Assembly (NCBI RefSeq): GCF_009914755.1
Contig: NC_060926.1
Origin: the human T2T-CHM13v2.0 reference genome, Homo sapiens
Direction: 5' to 3' (one strand)
DNA length: 64,000 bases
Part shown: positions 41,121 through 53,650 of the stretch, piece after piece
How positions within the stretch are numbered: the stretch's first letter is position 1
Layout of the letters: every line of letters begins with the position of its first letter
Program-made: the position numbers and the translations under genes
The notes under the pieces: model-generated
What the model was told of the DNA's origin: nothing
Databases searched by the model: none
Seen by the model: the letters and a program-made list of their open reading frames with translations, nothing else

Positions 41121-41970
41121 ATAAAAGAGGTAATAAAAACCTGTGCTAGGGTGGGAGCTATGGAAATGCAAAGAAAGGACAGAGGAAAGGTTTAGGAAAT
41201 GTTCTGACTTAGCAACTGCATGTGGTGGGCAAGGAAGGAGAAATCAAAGATGGTACCAAGATTTCAAGTGGGAGAGAAAGATAGTACCACTGATAGAAAT
41301 GAAGAGGCTAGAGGAACTAGGTTGGGAGCCCCATCTCACCATGAGGTGGATGGTGAGACAGGCAAGTAGAAACATGAACCACTTAAAGAAAGAAAGGTAG
41401 GTAGACAGATATTTGGTTGATATGTGGGTCTTATGCTGGTTCAGGAAACTCCCAACAATCACTGTTGAGGGAAATGATATTCTAACTTATTTGGTCTGCA
41501 TTTCCAATATACATTTACAGTCATTTTTCATATGTGTAAGTATTTTTTATTTTTGAAACATTCACATTTAAGGTAGATAATTTGGAAAATAAAAAAAATA
41601 AAGAAGTCCTTGTAGGACAGGTACACATAAGTAGAAATTGGCTTGCCTACAAGGGAAATATGTAAATTGATATAATGCTTCTGGATGACTATTTGAAAGT
41701 GTAACATAAAACACTTAAAAAATAAAAATGGCAATATACCTCATACTGGATCATTTACATGTTTTGGAATTTATTCAAAGGAATTAACCAGATATGTGTA
41801 AATGGTTTGCTTTGAAAGATGCAATCTCTTTATATGGATGTGACAGCTGCATGGTTAAGTTTCCATTCAATAATTTTTAAATGTTTGGTCTTATTGTACT
41901 AATAATTTTAAACTTCAGGTCACACTACATACACTGTTTCAAGCTCTGCTTTTTTTTACCCTATCTTTGC

Positions 41971-42046
41971 CATAACCATATATTAGGTTATGTTTCAATA
42001 ACCTAATTATTAGGTTATTTTTCAATAACCTAATAATTAGGTTATT
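41971..42046. repeat. Palindromic ~27-bp-period minisatellite forming a perfect 23-bp inverted repeat
   Basis: AATAACCTAATTATTAGGTTATT (41997-42019), spacer TTTC, AATAACCTAATAATTAGGTTATT (42024-42046); degenerate unit at 41971-41992. Confidence 0.93.
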
Positions 42047-42409
42047 TCCATTTTTCTTTTATAATCTTGCTGTGATAAACACTTCTATACATAAAGCCAC
42101 TTCATCCAAAAGTGGTGATCAGATGTGAGCACAAAGTCAAATTGCTATGTCTTTTTAGTCTCTTGATACATTACCAAATGATCTTCCAAAAAGTTGAACC
42201 AATTTATATTCTCACAAGCAGGATATGATATTTTATTGTGTCACCAAATTCTGGCCAAGTTTAACGCTATTTCTGGTTAGATATTGGTTACTTACTGGGG
42301 CCAGTCGATGTCAAACAGGCATTTGTCTGGGCTTTCAGAAAGGAAGAAGGAAAGGAAATCACCTTAATCACATACCTATGATTAGTGAGACAAATGATAT
42401 GCACAAACA

Positions 42410-43183
42410 AATGGGTGCACAGAAGTCAAGAAGTGAGGTTTGAAAACCTCCGCCTGCATTTCAGAAGTTGTATGGAAACACCTAGATTCCCCCGGCAGAA
42501 ATTTGCTGCAGGGGTGGGGCCCTTATGGAGAACCTCTGCTAGGGCAGTGCAGAAAGGAAATGTGGGGTCGGAGCCCCCACACAGAGTTCCTACTGGGGCA
42601 CTGCCTAGTGGAGCTGTGAGAAGAGGGCCACTGTCCTCCAGACACCAGAATGGTAGATCCACTGACAGCTTGCACTGTGCAGCTGGAAAAGCCACAGGCA
42701 TTCAATGCCAGCCCATGAAAGCAGCTGGGAGTGGGGCTGTACCCTGCAAAGCCACAGGGGAGGAGCTGCCAAAGACCATGGGAATCCACCTCTTGCATCA
42801 GCTTGACCTGGATGTGAGACATGGAGTCAAAGGAGATCATTTTGGAGCTTTAAGATTTCACCGCCGTGCTCAATTTCGGACTTGCATGGGGCCTACAGCT
42901 CCTTTGCTTTTGCCAATTTCTCCCATTTGAAATGGCTGTATTTAGCCAATGACTGTACCCCAGTTGTATATAGGAAGTAACTAACTTGCTTTCAACTTTA
43001 CAGGCTCATAGGCAGAAGGGCCTTGCCTTATCTCAGATGAGATGTTGGACTGTGGACTTTTGAGTTAATGCTGAAATGAGTTAAGACTTTGAGGGACCGG
43101 TGGGAAGGCTTGATTAGTTTTGAAATGTGAGGACATGAGATTTGGGAGGGATCAGGGGCAGAATGATATGGTTTGGCTGTGTC
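42410..43183 (+). mobile_element. THE1 MaLR internal region (3' part) plus first 20 bp of the 3' LTR
   Basis: THE1-int motifs 'ggagaacctctgctagggcagtgcagaaaggaaatgtggggtcggagcccccacacagagt', 'ctggatgtgagacatggagtcaaaggagatcattttggagc'; PPT 'gggagggatcaggggcagaa' then LTR start 'tgatatggtttggctgtgtc' (43164-43183). Confidence 0.93.
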
Positions 43184-43365
43184 AGGGGGTGGGGGTAGGA
43201 GGGTGAGCATTAGGGAAAATAGCTAATGCATACTGGGTTTAATACCTAGGTGATGGGTTGATACGTCCAGCAAACCACCATGGCACACATTTACCTATGT
43301 AACAAACCTGCATATCCTGAGCATGTACTCCCTAACTAAAAAATAAAAATTAAAAAAAAAAGAAA
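43180..43365 (+). mobile_element. L1PA (PA8-PA13-like) 3' end with poly(A)
   Basis: 'gcattagggaaaatagctaatgcatactgggtttaatacctaggtgatgggttgat...aaaccaccatggcacacatttacctatgtaacaaacctgca' plus A tail. Confidence 0.9.
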
Positions 43366-43636
43366 TAAAGATGCTATGTTGCTGGCTTTGAAGAAAGAGT
43401 AATGGGGTAATGAGCCAAAGAGTGCAAGAACCACAGCTCTAGAAGCTGGAAGACCAGGAAACAGATCCTCCCCTAGAGCTTCTGGGAAGAGCATGGCTCC
43501 AACAATACTTTGGTGTCGGCCCAGTGAAACTTATTTCAGGCTTCTGACCTGCATAACTATAAAAGAGTAAGTATTTGTTATTTTAAGACACCAACTTCAT
43601 GGTAATTTGTTATAGAAGCCATGGGAAACTAATACA
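43366..43636 (+). mobile_element. MLT1D-like LTR, 3' half
   Basis: 'gctggctttgaaga...gagccaaagagtgca...ctctagaagctggaa...aacagatcctcccctagagc...ggtaatttgttatag...aaactaataca'. Confidence 0.82.
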
Positions 43637-44194
43637 ACATGTTTTGGATACATAGCAAGAAAAGATAGGGGAAATCAAAAAAGTTGCTGCAAAAGTAATG
43701 ATAATGTTATCATTGAATAAAATTTTCCAAACCCCTGGGAATTTTTTACTAGGAATTTATAATCTGAGGATGTTTTGTTGTTGTTCTAATGGCAATCTCC
43801 CTATTTTTAGGCAACTCCAAAATCTGCACACTAAAATAAACAAAATGCAGTCAGTATATAGTTTCCAAATGCCTGACCATAGAATGAGGCTGGCATAGGA
43901 TATTTTTAATTGGTCCTTGGATGAAGTGAGAAAAATAAAGACAATGTAATGAGTTTTTTCAAAATTAAATTTATTTATGTATTTGCTCTTATATTTCTAT
44001 TATTATCTTGTAAAATTATATATGCCACTGTCGTGTTATAATTTTAAGCAATAAGTTTAGAATAAGGCAGTAAAATTAAAAGCTAGCAATTGGTTCCAGC
44101 ACTTTTTGGAACTTTTACTGGTCTATTAAATTCCTAAGTTTAGTAACCATTTACCTAATGCAGATAATCACGAGAATTTTTCTACCTTATTAAT

Positions 44195-44510
44195 TGTATT
44201 AGTTACTTATTGCTGATGTAGCAAATTACCACAAACTTACATCAACAGTGTATTATCTTACTCTTTTGTAGGTTAAGACGCCTGAGGTAGATCTCACCAG
44301 AAGAAAGTTCACTCACTTTTGGAGGCTCTAGAGGAGAAACTCTCTCTTTCCTTTTTCCAGCTTCTAGAAACCTCCCACATTCCTTGACTTATAGCTCCTT
44401 CCTCCATCTTCAAAGCCAGCAACAGCAATTGAGTCCTTCTCAAAACACATCTCCTTCTTTGACTCTATACTTCTGCCTCACTTTTCCATTTTTAAGAATT
44501 TTATTATTAA
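44195..44510 (-). mobile_element. MLT1 (C/D-like) LTR fragment
   Basis: 'tgtattagttacttattgctgatgtagcaaattaccacaaactta', 'ggaggctctagaggaga', 'ttccagcttctaga', 'cctccatcttcaaagccagcaa'. Confidence 0.7.
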
Positions 44511-45419
44511 ATTAAAATTTTAATTGAGTTATTTAACAATCATATTCAACAGTTTGATAAATATGACTAATCTTAAAAATTAGTGTTTTTTTGTATGTGC
44601 TTTTATCATATTTCATAAAATTGAAAATTTGATTCTAAAGTATGTCATTATTTTATAAACTTCTAAGAAAAATTGTTGTCAATTAAACAATAGCTCACTA
44701 TTAAATCAAATTAAAAATTTGATTCTAATCAAATAATGAATCATTGTTTTATGTGCTACTATGGAAGAAAAGTCACTGCCAGTTAAACTACGATGATTTT
44801 TTTTTACTACTTAGAATTGTTACTTTATGTTTATTGAAATAATTTTCTTCAGCTTAATTGGACTTATATTTTTATCATACATCATAGCAATATGAAGAGC
44901 TACGGCCAAGTTCATGCAGTCACAGGCAATGACAACTATATCACCAATGCTGCCTGGCTGAGAGTGATTTAAGACATCATTGATTGGAAGGTATATTTTT
45001 ATTTGAGAGAAGTTAAAATGTGCATGTTAGAATCAATGACATTATATATTACGGAGACTGTTAGATTATGTTGATTCTTGATTCCCACTCTTTGGTAGTA
45101 ACTGAGATGGTTCTGGATGGGAGGTGATTTCTGCTTTGCTGGGAAACACATTGCACATGTTTCCTGTTTGGTGCACAGGACAGGGTTCCTCAGTTAGTGA
45201 ATAAGCCTGGTGGATTATGCACTCAACTCGCACAGCTATGAGTGCACACTCGTGCAGAAACAGACACTCTCCTTGCCATCTGATGCCTAAATTTAAGTAT
45301 ATGCAAAGATTTCCTATAGCCTAATAAATAGCAAAGGTCTACCATGGGTAGTTACAGAAAATAGACATATATTCCCAGGGAGAAAAAAAAAGCAGGTTTT
45401 CAAAAAATCTGTTTGAATA

Positions 45420-45670
45420 ACTAAAAATCGCTACCATTTATTCAGGGCTTACTACATGCCAGGCACTATGGTAAGAATTCTGTCAACATTTCCCCCATTT
45501 AATCTCCCACAACTAACAACCTTACACAGACGATGTAAATATAATCCTTTTATAAATGAAAAAAGTGAAACTCTAGACTAGGTAAGTGATGTGCTCCAGG
45601 AAACATGCTAGGAGGGGGCAGAGCTAGGTTTTGAGTCCTGGTTTGTTTGAGTCTAATCAGTGTACTAGAC
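45420..45670 (-). mobile_element. MIR SINE
   Basis: 'ctaccattttattcagggcttactacatgccaggcactatg...catttaatctcccacaac...gcagagctaggttttga'. Confidence 0.75.
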
Positions 45671-46366
45671 AGTCTTCTATATTCTACATTGATTATATCT
45701 AATCAAATAAATAACTGCTTCCAACTTACTGAAATTACATTAAAGTTGGAGGGAATTTTTGTATCTCTACTATAACTCACTTTTCTTACTGGATAACTCT
45801 AAGATACCTCAGGAAAACATACTTTATGAAAATGAATATAATTAAGGAATAATAGTAGAAAGCATAGATTTATCTTTTTTCCCTAAATTGAGAATGACTT
45901 AAAAATCAATTTCCCAAGGACACCTGTCACCTCCAATTACCCATTTGAAAATTATTCATTCTGCCTCATGACTACACAATAATGTGTATATTATACATCA
46001 AAACCACTTTTTTGAAAAATGATTAAACAAATTAAAAATAGTTCTTATATGACCACAGAGGAAATCTATAGGAAAAAATAGTTATCATACATTAAAATAC
46101 AGGGGCAAGTGATTTACTGGTGTACTTCAGATCACATTTCTATAATTTGTAAATTTATTCTTTCATGCAATAGATGGAACTGAAGTTAGGATGTTTCAAT
46201 AAATCAGAAAAAAAACAGCCTAATAATCTCTTTCTATACATCACTGGTCTATGGCAATTTGAACAGTCACTAATGTTCATTCTTTAATTTAGCGAGTAGA
46301 TATTATTTTCTTACCATTTTTCCACAGTACTGATTCTTCACATTCCTACCACTAAGTTACATAAAG

Positions 46367-46554
46367 CAATGATTCTCAACCTTGACCATACATTGGAATC
46401 ACCTAGGAGAGCTTAAAAAAATATTAATGCTGGGGTCTCACCCCAGAGCTTATGATTTAATTGATTGGGAGTATGGCCTGTGCATCAGGATTTTTAAAAG
46501 CTCCTCAATCATCCCCAGATGATTCTAATGTGTAGCCAAAGTTGACAACCACTA
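46367..46554. mobile_element. MER5A/MER5A1 hAT-Charlie DNA transposon (MITE)
   Basis: TIR-like ends 'caatgattctcaa' / 'ttgacaaccacta', internal 'gaatcacct', 'gatgattctaatgtg'; diverged 8-bp TSD ACATAAAG/ATATGAAG. Confidence 0.85.
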
Positions 46555-49059
46555 ATATGAAGAGTTAGATAATCAAAAACACATCTGTCAGTTTGAGAAG
46601 GAAGGCTGACTCAAATAGCTTAACAGTGATACTTTTGAATTAGCTACAGATTTCTTTGTGTATATTATATATGTTCTTATAACACCATAGATAATGGAGA
46701 CTTAGTTATGTTGCCAAATACACTAGGCATTTCATGAACCAAAAAATATAACCAGATCCTTATCTGATTATAACTTTGCTCCTAAAATTATCTTATTTGT
46801 TTTTAGAATTATATAACAATTTGTGTTTGGATCATACCACCATAAAATCCACTACTACTACTGTCTTGGGGGTGTACGTGGGAGTGTGTAGTAAAAAGGT
46901 TTAAAATTTATAACTTGCCATCTTGGGCAGTAATCCTGGCCAAGTTTCTTAAAAGACAATTTGATACACTAATAAAACTTCTGCCAAAATAATCTTTTAC
47001 AGAGCCAAAGTAACTTTAGGTATGATAAGCTGGCCCCAATGCATGAACTTATGAAACAAACAGACAGTAACAGGCTATCTGTACTTCTGATATTACTGTT
47101 TTCTTGAAAAATATACATAGAAGAAAGTAAGATTTTGTATAACAAGTGGTAGAGATGCCCCCAAATAATACTTTCTATTCACATGTAACTTTATAATCTG
47201 TAAAGCTTCTTTACAATAAAATTCCTTATTTGGTTTCTGTGGTTATTTAAAGTCACTTGACTCCTTGGTAATGTTCTTAAATAAATATCTTTCCAGCTCA
47301 AGTGGTATACTAATAAGGTAATTTAAAAGAAAATTCATGATTGGTTGATGAGAAGCTGTCATGATGCTGTCAAGAAAGTTAAGGTAACTCACTATGATGT
47401 TTATATGTAGCATTATTGCAGTTTCTAACTAGCACATTTACCTCTGGTTCAGATTATACATCAATACTCCACTTTACCTAGCTCCTTTAATATTATGCCT
47501 TCTAAATAGACAATTGGCAACTACAATAGCAAATACTCTGTAAGAGGAAAATATGACCTCTTAAGAGGAAAGTGTCATCTACTGGGACTTGATGTCAGCA
47601 AATGAATATTCATTCAAATAAACATCTGTTACTTCCACAAGCCACTGCAGTAAATCAGTTTTAAGAAGCTGTACAGAGATGAATACCATATCACCTTTCC
47701 TCACCCCAAATCAATCTCTTTAAACTGGGATCCCTGTTGTCTGGATTTTACATTGCACATACCACATTAAAACACATTGTAGCTAGGCAATACAGAGCCT
47801 GTGCATGTGCTCCTGATGTCAGTCCCCGATATTGGTTTTAACTTACTTAATATTTGCAGTACTCAAGTTACATGTGTTTGTCAAGTTATGTGGTTGAGAT
47901 TGCTGCAGTGTCAGTCCTCATTTGTAGTGTCTTTAACAAACAAGTGCTTGTTCCTGTAGCAAACTGACCATCTGTGCACACACACACTTATATGTATATA
48001 CGTATGTGTATACATATTATATATATATTTGCACTCTGTTCGATTAGAGTAAGTACACTCAGATTAAGTCATTAGTCCAAACACTATTTGTGCCACAGTA
48101 GACACAGATGCCTGGTGATACTGGGAATTTTCCCCAGACAACTCCTTTAAATAACTAACAATTATTTTTATATACTCACAGTTAAATGCACAAATAACAG
48201 CTTATCAGTGATTTAGTGTTCTTTACAGAAACTCAGAGATTTCAGCATTCTATAAACTATCCCTCAGCCTACATTAGGCACACATGAACTTCTTGTTCCC
48301 GTTATAAAGTGAAGGGTCTAATCAATGTTCCTAAATCTAAATGGTGGATTTAAAAAAATGTAAAATAAATTGTTAAATTTTAATAGGAAATGCTTTGTAT
48401 TTAAGATTTGGCCATATCTTCTAATATTGAAGTGACAGAGTACCAAGATTTATTTTTCATAATCTCTTACTTTTTATAGTCCACTTGGGGACACTACTCT
48501 TCTGTTAAGAGTCACTGACCTCCATGTTCCTCACCAATAAGAAATCATTTTTAAGTTACTTCAGTTGTTTTCTTCTAATGTAAGTGGAGTGTGTGACGAT
48601 ATAGACATTTGATTTAATAAATATTTTAAAATTTAGCTCAACATTATAATCGCCTAAATGGGATAGTAGAGGAAAGGGACAAAGAAAGGAAATGTCATAA
48701 AGAGAATGAACTAGAGAGAGTTTGGTAGAAGAAAAATTGCCCGGGAAGACCACAAATTGTTTCTGATTTTTACAGGAGCTTCTTTAAACACATTTCTTCC
48801 TCATTGGACAGTCACTGTCAATCCCACTATCCAAAGGCTGTCCAAAAGCAACCTCCTGGGGATGCCTGAAACCACAGCACTTCCCCACTCTTCACTGGCT
48901 GTCAACATCTCCAGGCTGTCCTAGACATCTCAATCCTTTCATGCCACTGTGGGGCCAATGATGCTGTTAATTTCTTCTCCTCTTTCTCATCTCTTCACTT
49001 GGAATGCCACTTTTTTCTTCAGAAATGGCAGCGCACAGCAGCCAAGAGCATGTGTTTTG

Positions 49060-49230
49060 GGGCACAGTCCAACATTTACTAGTCATGTAATGTGACCTCG
49101 GGTATGTTGCTTTCTTTCTCTGTGCCTCAGTTTCTTCATTTGTATTTATTAACATATAATAATTGGGGTTATTGCGGGTATTACCTAAGTCAATGTATAT
49201 AACAGACAGCATAAAAAACAGTAACTGCTA
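49060..49230 (+). mobile_element. MIR SINE
   Basis: 'tttactagtcatgtaatgtgacctcgggtatgttgctttctttctctgtgcctcagtttcttcatttgta'. Confidence 0.75.
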
Positions 49231-52200
49231 CAGACTTGTTTGCTATATTTATTCAACAAATGTTTACTAAGCTCCAACAGGGTGCTAGGAACTGGGGATA
49301 CAACTGTGATGGTAGCAAGTGAGTGAGAGAGTCCAACATCTGAAGTATCCCAGCTGAAAGGTTGAATTCTGAATTCTATTTTTTTAAAAAAAGATAACCT
49401 ACCACAATGTGAAAATAATTAAACTGCTGCTATTTAACCACCATATAATTATCCTTAGAACTTGTTTTCTATCTACTCAACTAGTCCCTATTTCTTCAGA
49501 GACTGCTCTGTGTGCATGCATGCGTGTGCTCATGTGTGTGTTGATGGACATGTCACCTATATTCAAAAATACAGTTTTCTCTCTGCAGGACTAGATATTA
49601 CAAAACACAGTTTTTTCATTTGTTGAATAGGTACTCAATATTTGTTTGCTGAGTCAGTATATAAATCTACCTTTCATATGCTCTGGCCTACTCTCTAATG
49701 CATTTGAAGGTAGCAAAACAATTCCAAGGGGCTACTTATTACCTAAAGAATAGGTAAGTGAAATTCAGCCATTGTCTTTTAGGTAGGAAGTTCCTGTTTT
49801 TAGACCTTGAGGCCATCCCTCTTAAACTATCCTCCTAGATTATAAATCCTTTAGAGCAGAGATGCCATCCTATTTTGTTTGGCACATATCACTCTAGAGC
49901 CTTTGTACTATACAAAGTCCTTTAAAAGGACTTTATATATTTATTATATGAACAAATAAAGTCTCAGATATGCATGTAATTGTATTTCCTAAGTTCAGTT
50001 TTATGGGACTTTTTGTGTGTATAGCAAGAGTAGCCATAAGGTAGTAATAACTTTGTTTTTTAAGAAATTCTTCTAAGAACAAGAAAAAAATTAAGTTTAG
50101 AATTAATCTAACCAGAAAGTTGAAATCTCACATGATAGAAACAACCTTATTAAAAATGAAAAATGACATCAATTATTTTTTACTCAATTCTAAACAACTT
50201 GAATTGCTGATGTATTTTTTCCCATTTAAATTGACAGCTGGTTTGGATACACATATGCTCATATAGCCAAAATAATGGGGAAAAGGTGGCGCTGGTTATG
50301 GTATCCTTTACATAAGAAAGACATTCTAATTTTTAAAAGCTAAATTGAATTTTAACAGTTAATCGACTCATGTGGATACATATGGACTTAAATCATCACT
50401 GGCATAAGTGGTGCCTTTAAGCACTGTTAGTTTTGTTGTTGCTGTTTCTGTTTTTAAAGATGCTAACAACCATGTTAGTTAATTCAGTGTGTTCAACATT
50501 ATTTATTTAAACAAGAGCATAAATCATAGGGATTCCAGAATTGGAAAGGACTTTCAGACTCTTCATTTTACTGATAAAGAAACTGGCATCTAGAAGGCTG
50601 AAGCATTTTAACTAGGACTTAAACTTAAGATGCTGGGTTTCTGGGTCAATGACCACGATGTTTTGATAAAGTAGTAGAGAAAGTTGGACCAAATGTATAA
50701 CAGTTTTATTTTCCATCAGTTCTTTTAAATTGCTCTGCCAATGAGTCTGAGATTGATTGAGGTGATTGATTTTAATCTTAACTGCCAGACTTTAGCTTTA
50801 TAGAACACAGAACTTGATCTCTTCTACGCAGACATTTTATTAAGCAGGTTAGAAAAACTGTGCTGCCCTGCTACACTTTTAGAAAATAGCGTAAGTCTAC
50901 AGTCCAGTACTCATTCTCTGATCATGATCTTATTAGAAATTGGGTGAGAAAATGTGGTCATTGTTCTCCCTGACATTTATCTCAGAGGTTAGAGTCATAT
51001 ACCAAACATCTTTAATTTATTTCACTGTATGAAACTACTGTCCTTTAATTTCTCTAAATACCTTTCAATTCCTGTATGCTTGGCCTATGCTGTCTTTAAT
51101 GAAACTGGCTCCATAAATATATTAGGCAGTGTGAAAAGATAATTTTTCTTGTTGTTATTATTCCATAACATTTCCTTCAGTTGGCTCTCTCTGAGTGTGA
51201 ATGAAGGTAACTTGGTCTCATTCAAGAATTATTTTACTAAATATTATATGCCACGTATGCCAATATACTGTCTTAGGCACAAAAAATGGATATGGGACCT
51301 TCCCTCCTTCTAGTAGGGGGAGAAAAATATTGCAGAAATAATCACACAAATAAATATTTACTTATAAATTGTGATAAGTCTTATCAAGAATATATAGGAT
51401 GATTATATAGAGAATGATTATTACAGGATTACTGAACTTATACTACCATATTAGAGAAGGTCTCTTTCATGTTTATGAACAAAGATGCAAAAAGACTGTT
51501 AAAGTTATAATAACTTTCTGATGACAGTCTTTTGACAATCTCTACAGGAGCTGGTGACTTGGGAGACTGGACTCTGTGCCCTGGTAGATAGGACAGCATA
51601 GCAGAATGGGCATAGAATTCCAAAGTGCTTTGCACAGTTCTGTCAAGAGCTACCTTTAAGACTTTAGGAAAGTGATTTATTGTCTCTAATCCTTAATTTC
51701 ATCGGTAGAAAAAGTCTAGTACCTCAACATCCTTTTCTGGATTATTAGTACTGATACTAAGTGGTCATTCCTTTATGAATCTAAGTTGGAGATGTTCCTT
51801 ACCTCTACCACACAGAACATATATTCTTTTTGAAAATTCTGTATCACTGTTTTTTTAACTCATTCACATTACTCTGGGATATTTACTTTGTCTGAGTTAT
51901 TTTGGGATATTATAATCCAGAGAAGTTAAAATCATATACACTTTGATATTTTACTAGGCATAAAAGATTTTTGAGATCTTTATAAATTATAATGAGCCTT
52001 TAAAATGGACCTGAATAAAACTAAAAGTCTTACTCTTGAAACAGAAACATTCTGTAAAAATATTTTGTTTTACTACTTTAGTTATATAGATGTTCAACTG
52101 GCACATAAGCCTGATTATCATATCAAATTAAACTACTTTATTTGCAGCCCCAAAAGAAAGCACACTACTCCTTATTGAGTCTTTTCTAATTAGATAACCA

Positions 52201-52539
52201 TTTATGCAGTATGGAAGAGGTAGCCAGAATCACAAGCAATCAGGCTACTTATTCCAAAATAATTGTTTGCATATTTCTTCCAAATCTCTATTATACATTT
52301 TTCATCCATCATGGATACAACTTTGTTTTCTGAAGCAGAAAGGACACATTTAACCTGATTTTACAGAAGATGCTATAAGACATCTCAGAAAAATTTAAGT
52401 GACAATGTTAAGTAAAAATATAAGTTAAAAAATGATGTATGACACTTTTGTTAGTCTTTTTAACTAAGCAGGACATGAGCTGATTTCATAGAAAAGGATT
52501 TTCTGACAAGGAGGAATTGATAAACTGTTAGGTATAATA

Positions 52540-53650
52540 CTCACCATTTTATATTCATGTATCATATTCTATCGAGTGAATGAACCATAATTTACCAAGC
52601 ATAGTCCTTATGTTGGACAGTTTGAGTGGTTTCCATTTTTATATAGTATAAATTATACTGGGATAAACACTGTCAGGCATATAGCATTTAAAAAATATTT
52701 TGGATTATTTCCTTAGGATAGATTCCCAGAAGTAGAATTACTAGGTTAAAAGAGTATGAACATTTTTATGATTCTTGTAACACATTGCCAAATTGCTTCC
52801 CAAAAAGGTTATATCAATTTACAATGCCATCAGCAATATAGGAAAGTGCCCTTCTCGTAATACTCCTCCAGGTATTTGGCATTACGGTTTTTAGATTTGC
52901 AAATTTTGAGGGCAAGAATGTTGCACCTCATTTTAATATATATTTCTTACATTTTTAAAGGCAAAGATAAATATTTTTACATGCAGCTTAATAACTTCGA
53001 ATTTCTAACATGTTCTTTAACTATTTTGATATTTTTATAAGCCTATTCAGAATTATATGTGATATATACTAATCATTATTCATAGTATTATACAAACCAT
53101 TTTATCTAGCCTGTTGTTTTAACTTGCTACATGTACATGGTTCCTTTAGGAAGGCATATTGAGGCTTCAATTTTTGTATCTGGTCAAATGCGTTGTTTCC
53201 TGTAATTTTTTGTGTTGTTGTTGCTTTTTAGCATAGTATATCCTAACTCTCTATCTCTGCATCATGTACTCAAATTATTCTAATTTTCTTAAGTAGTGAC
53301 TTTTAAAAATGTTAACTCTTGAATTCACTTGTAATTATGTTGATGTACGAAATAAGGCATGATTTTAAGTGACCTTTTCCATATTGGTAACTAGTTATCT
53401 CAGTCATTTATTGCATAATACTTCTTTTCTGTATGTTTTAGGTAAAATCTCATCTGTTACATAATTAAATGATCTAATTCTTGGTTACTTTTTTTCAGTG
53501 ATCTATCTGTCCTTGAGCCAGAGCTTATTGTTTTATTTAATGTGTAGTCTCTTCACGTGACTTTTTTCAGTATTTAAAATTGGTTTCCCTATTTTTTCTT
53601 ACATCAAATTTAAAGTCCTGACAAATTCTAAAACAGTTTGCTTGAACTTT
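52540..53650 (-). mobile_element. Old L1ME-like fragments
   Basis: 'ttatttccttaggatagattcccagaagtagaattactaggttaaaag', 'cattgccaaattgcttcccaaaaaggtt...caatttaca'. Confidence 0.65.

Noticed and set aside
42385-42930. 181-aa ORF
   Set aside because: Lies almost wholly in THE1 internal sequence; a well-known source of repeat-derived spurious proteins
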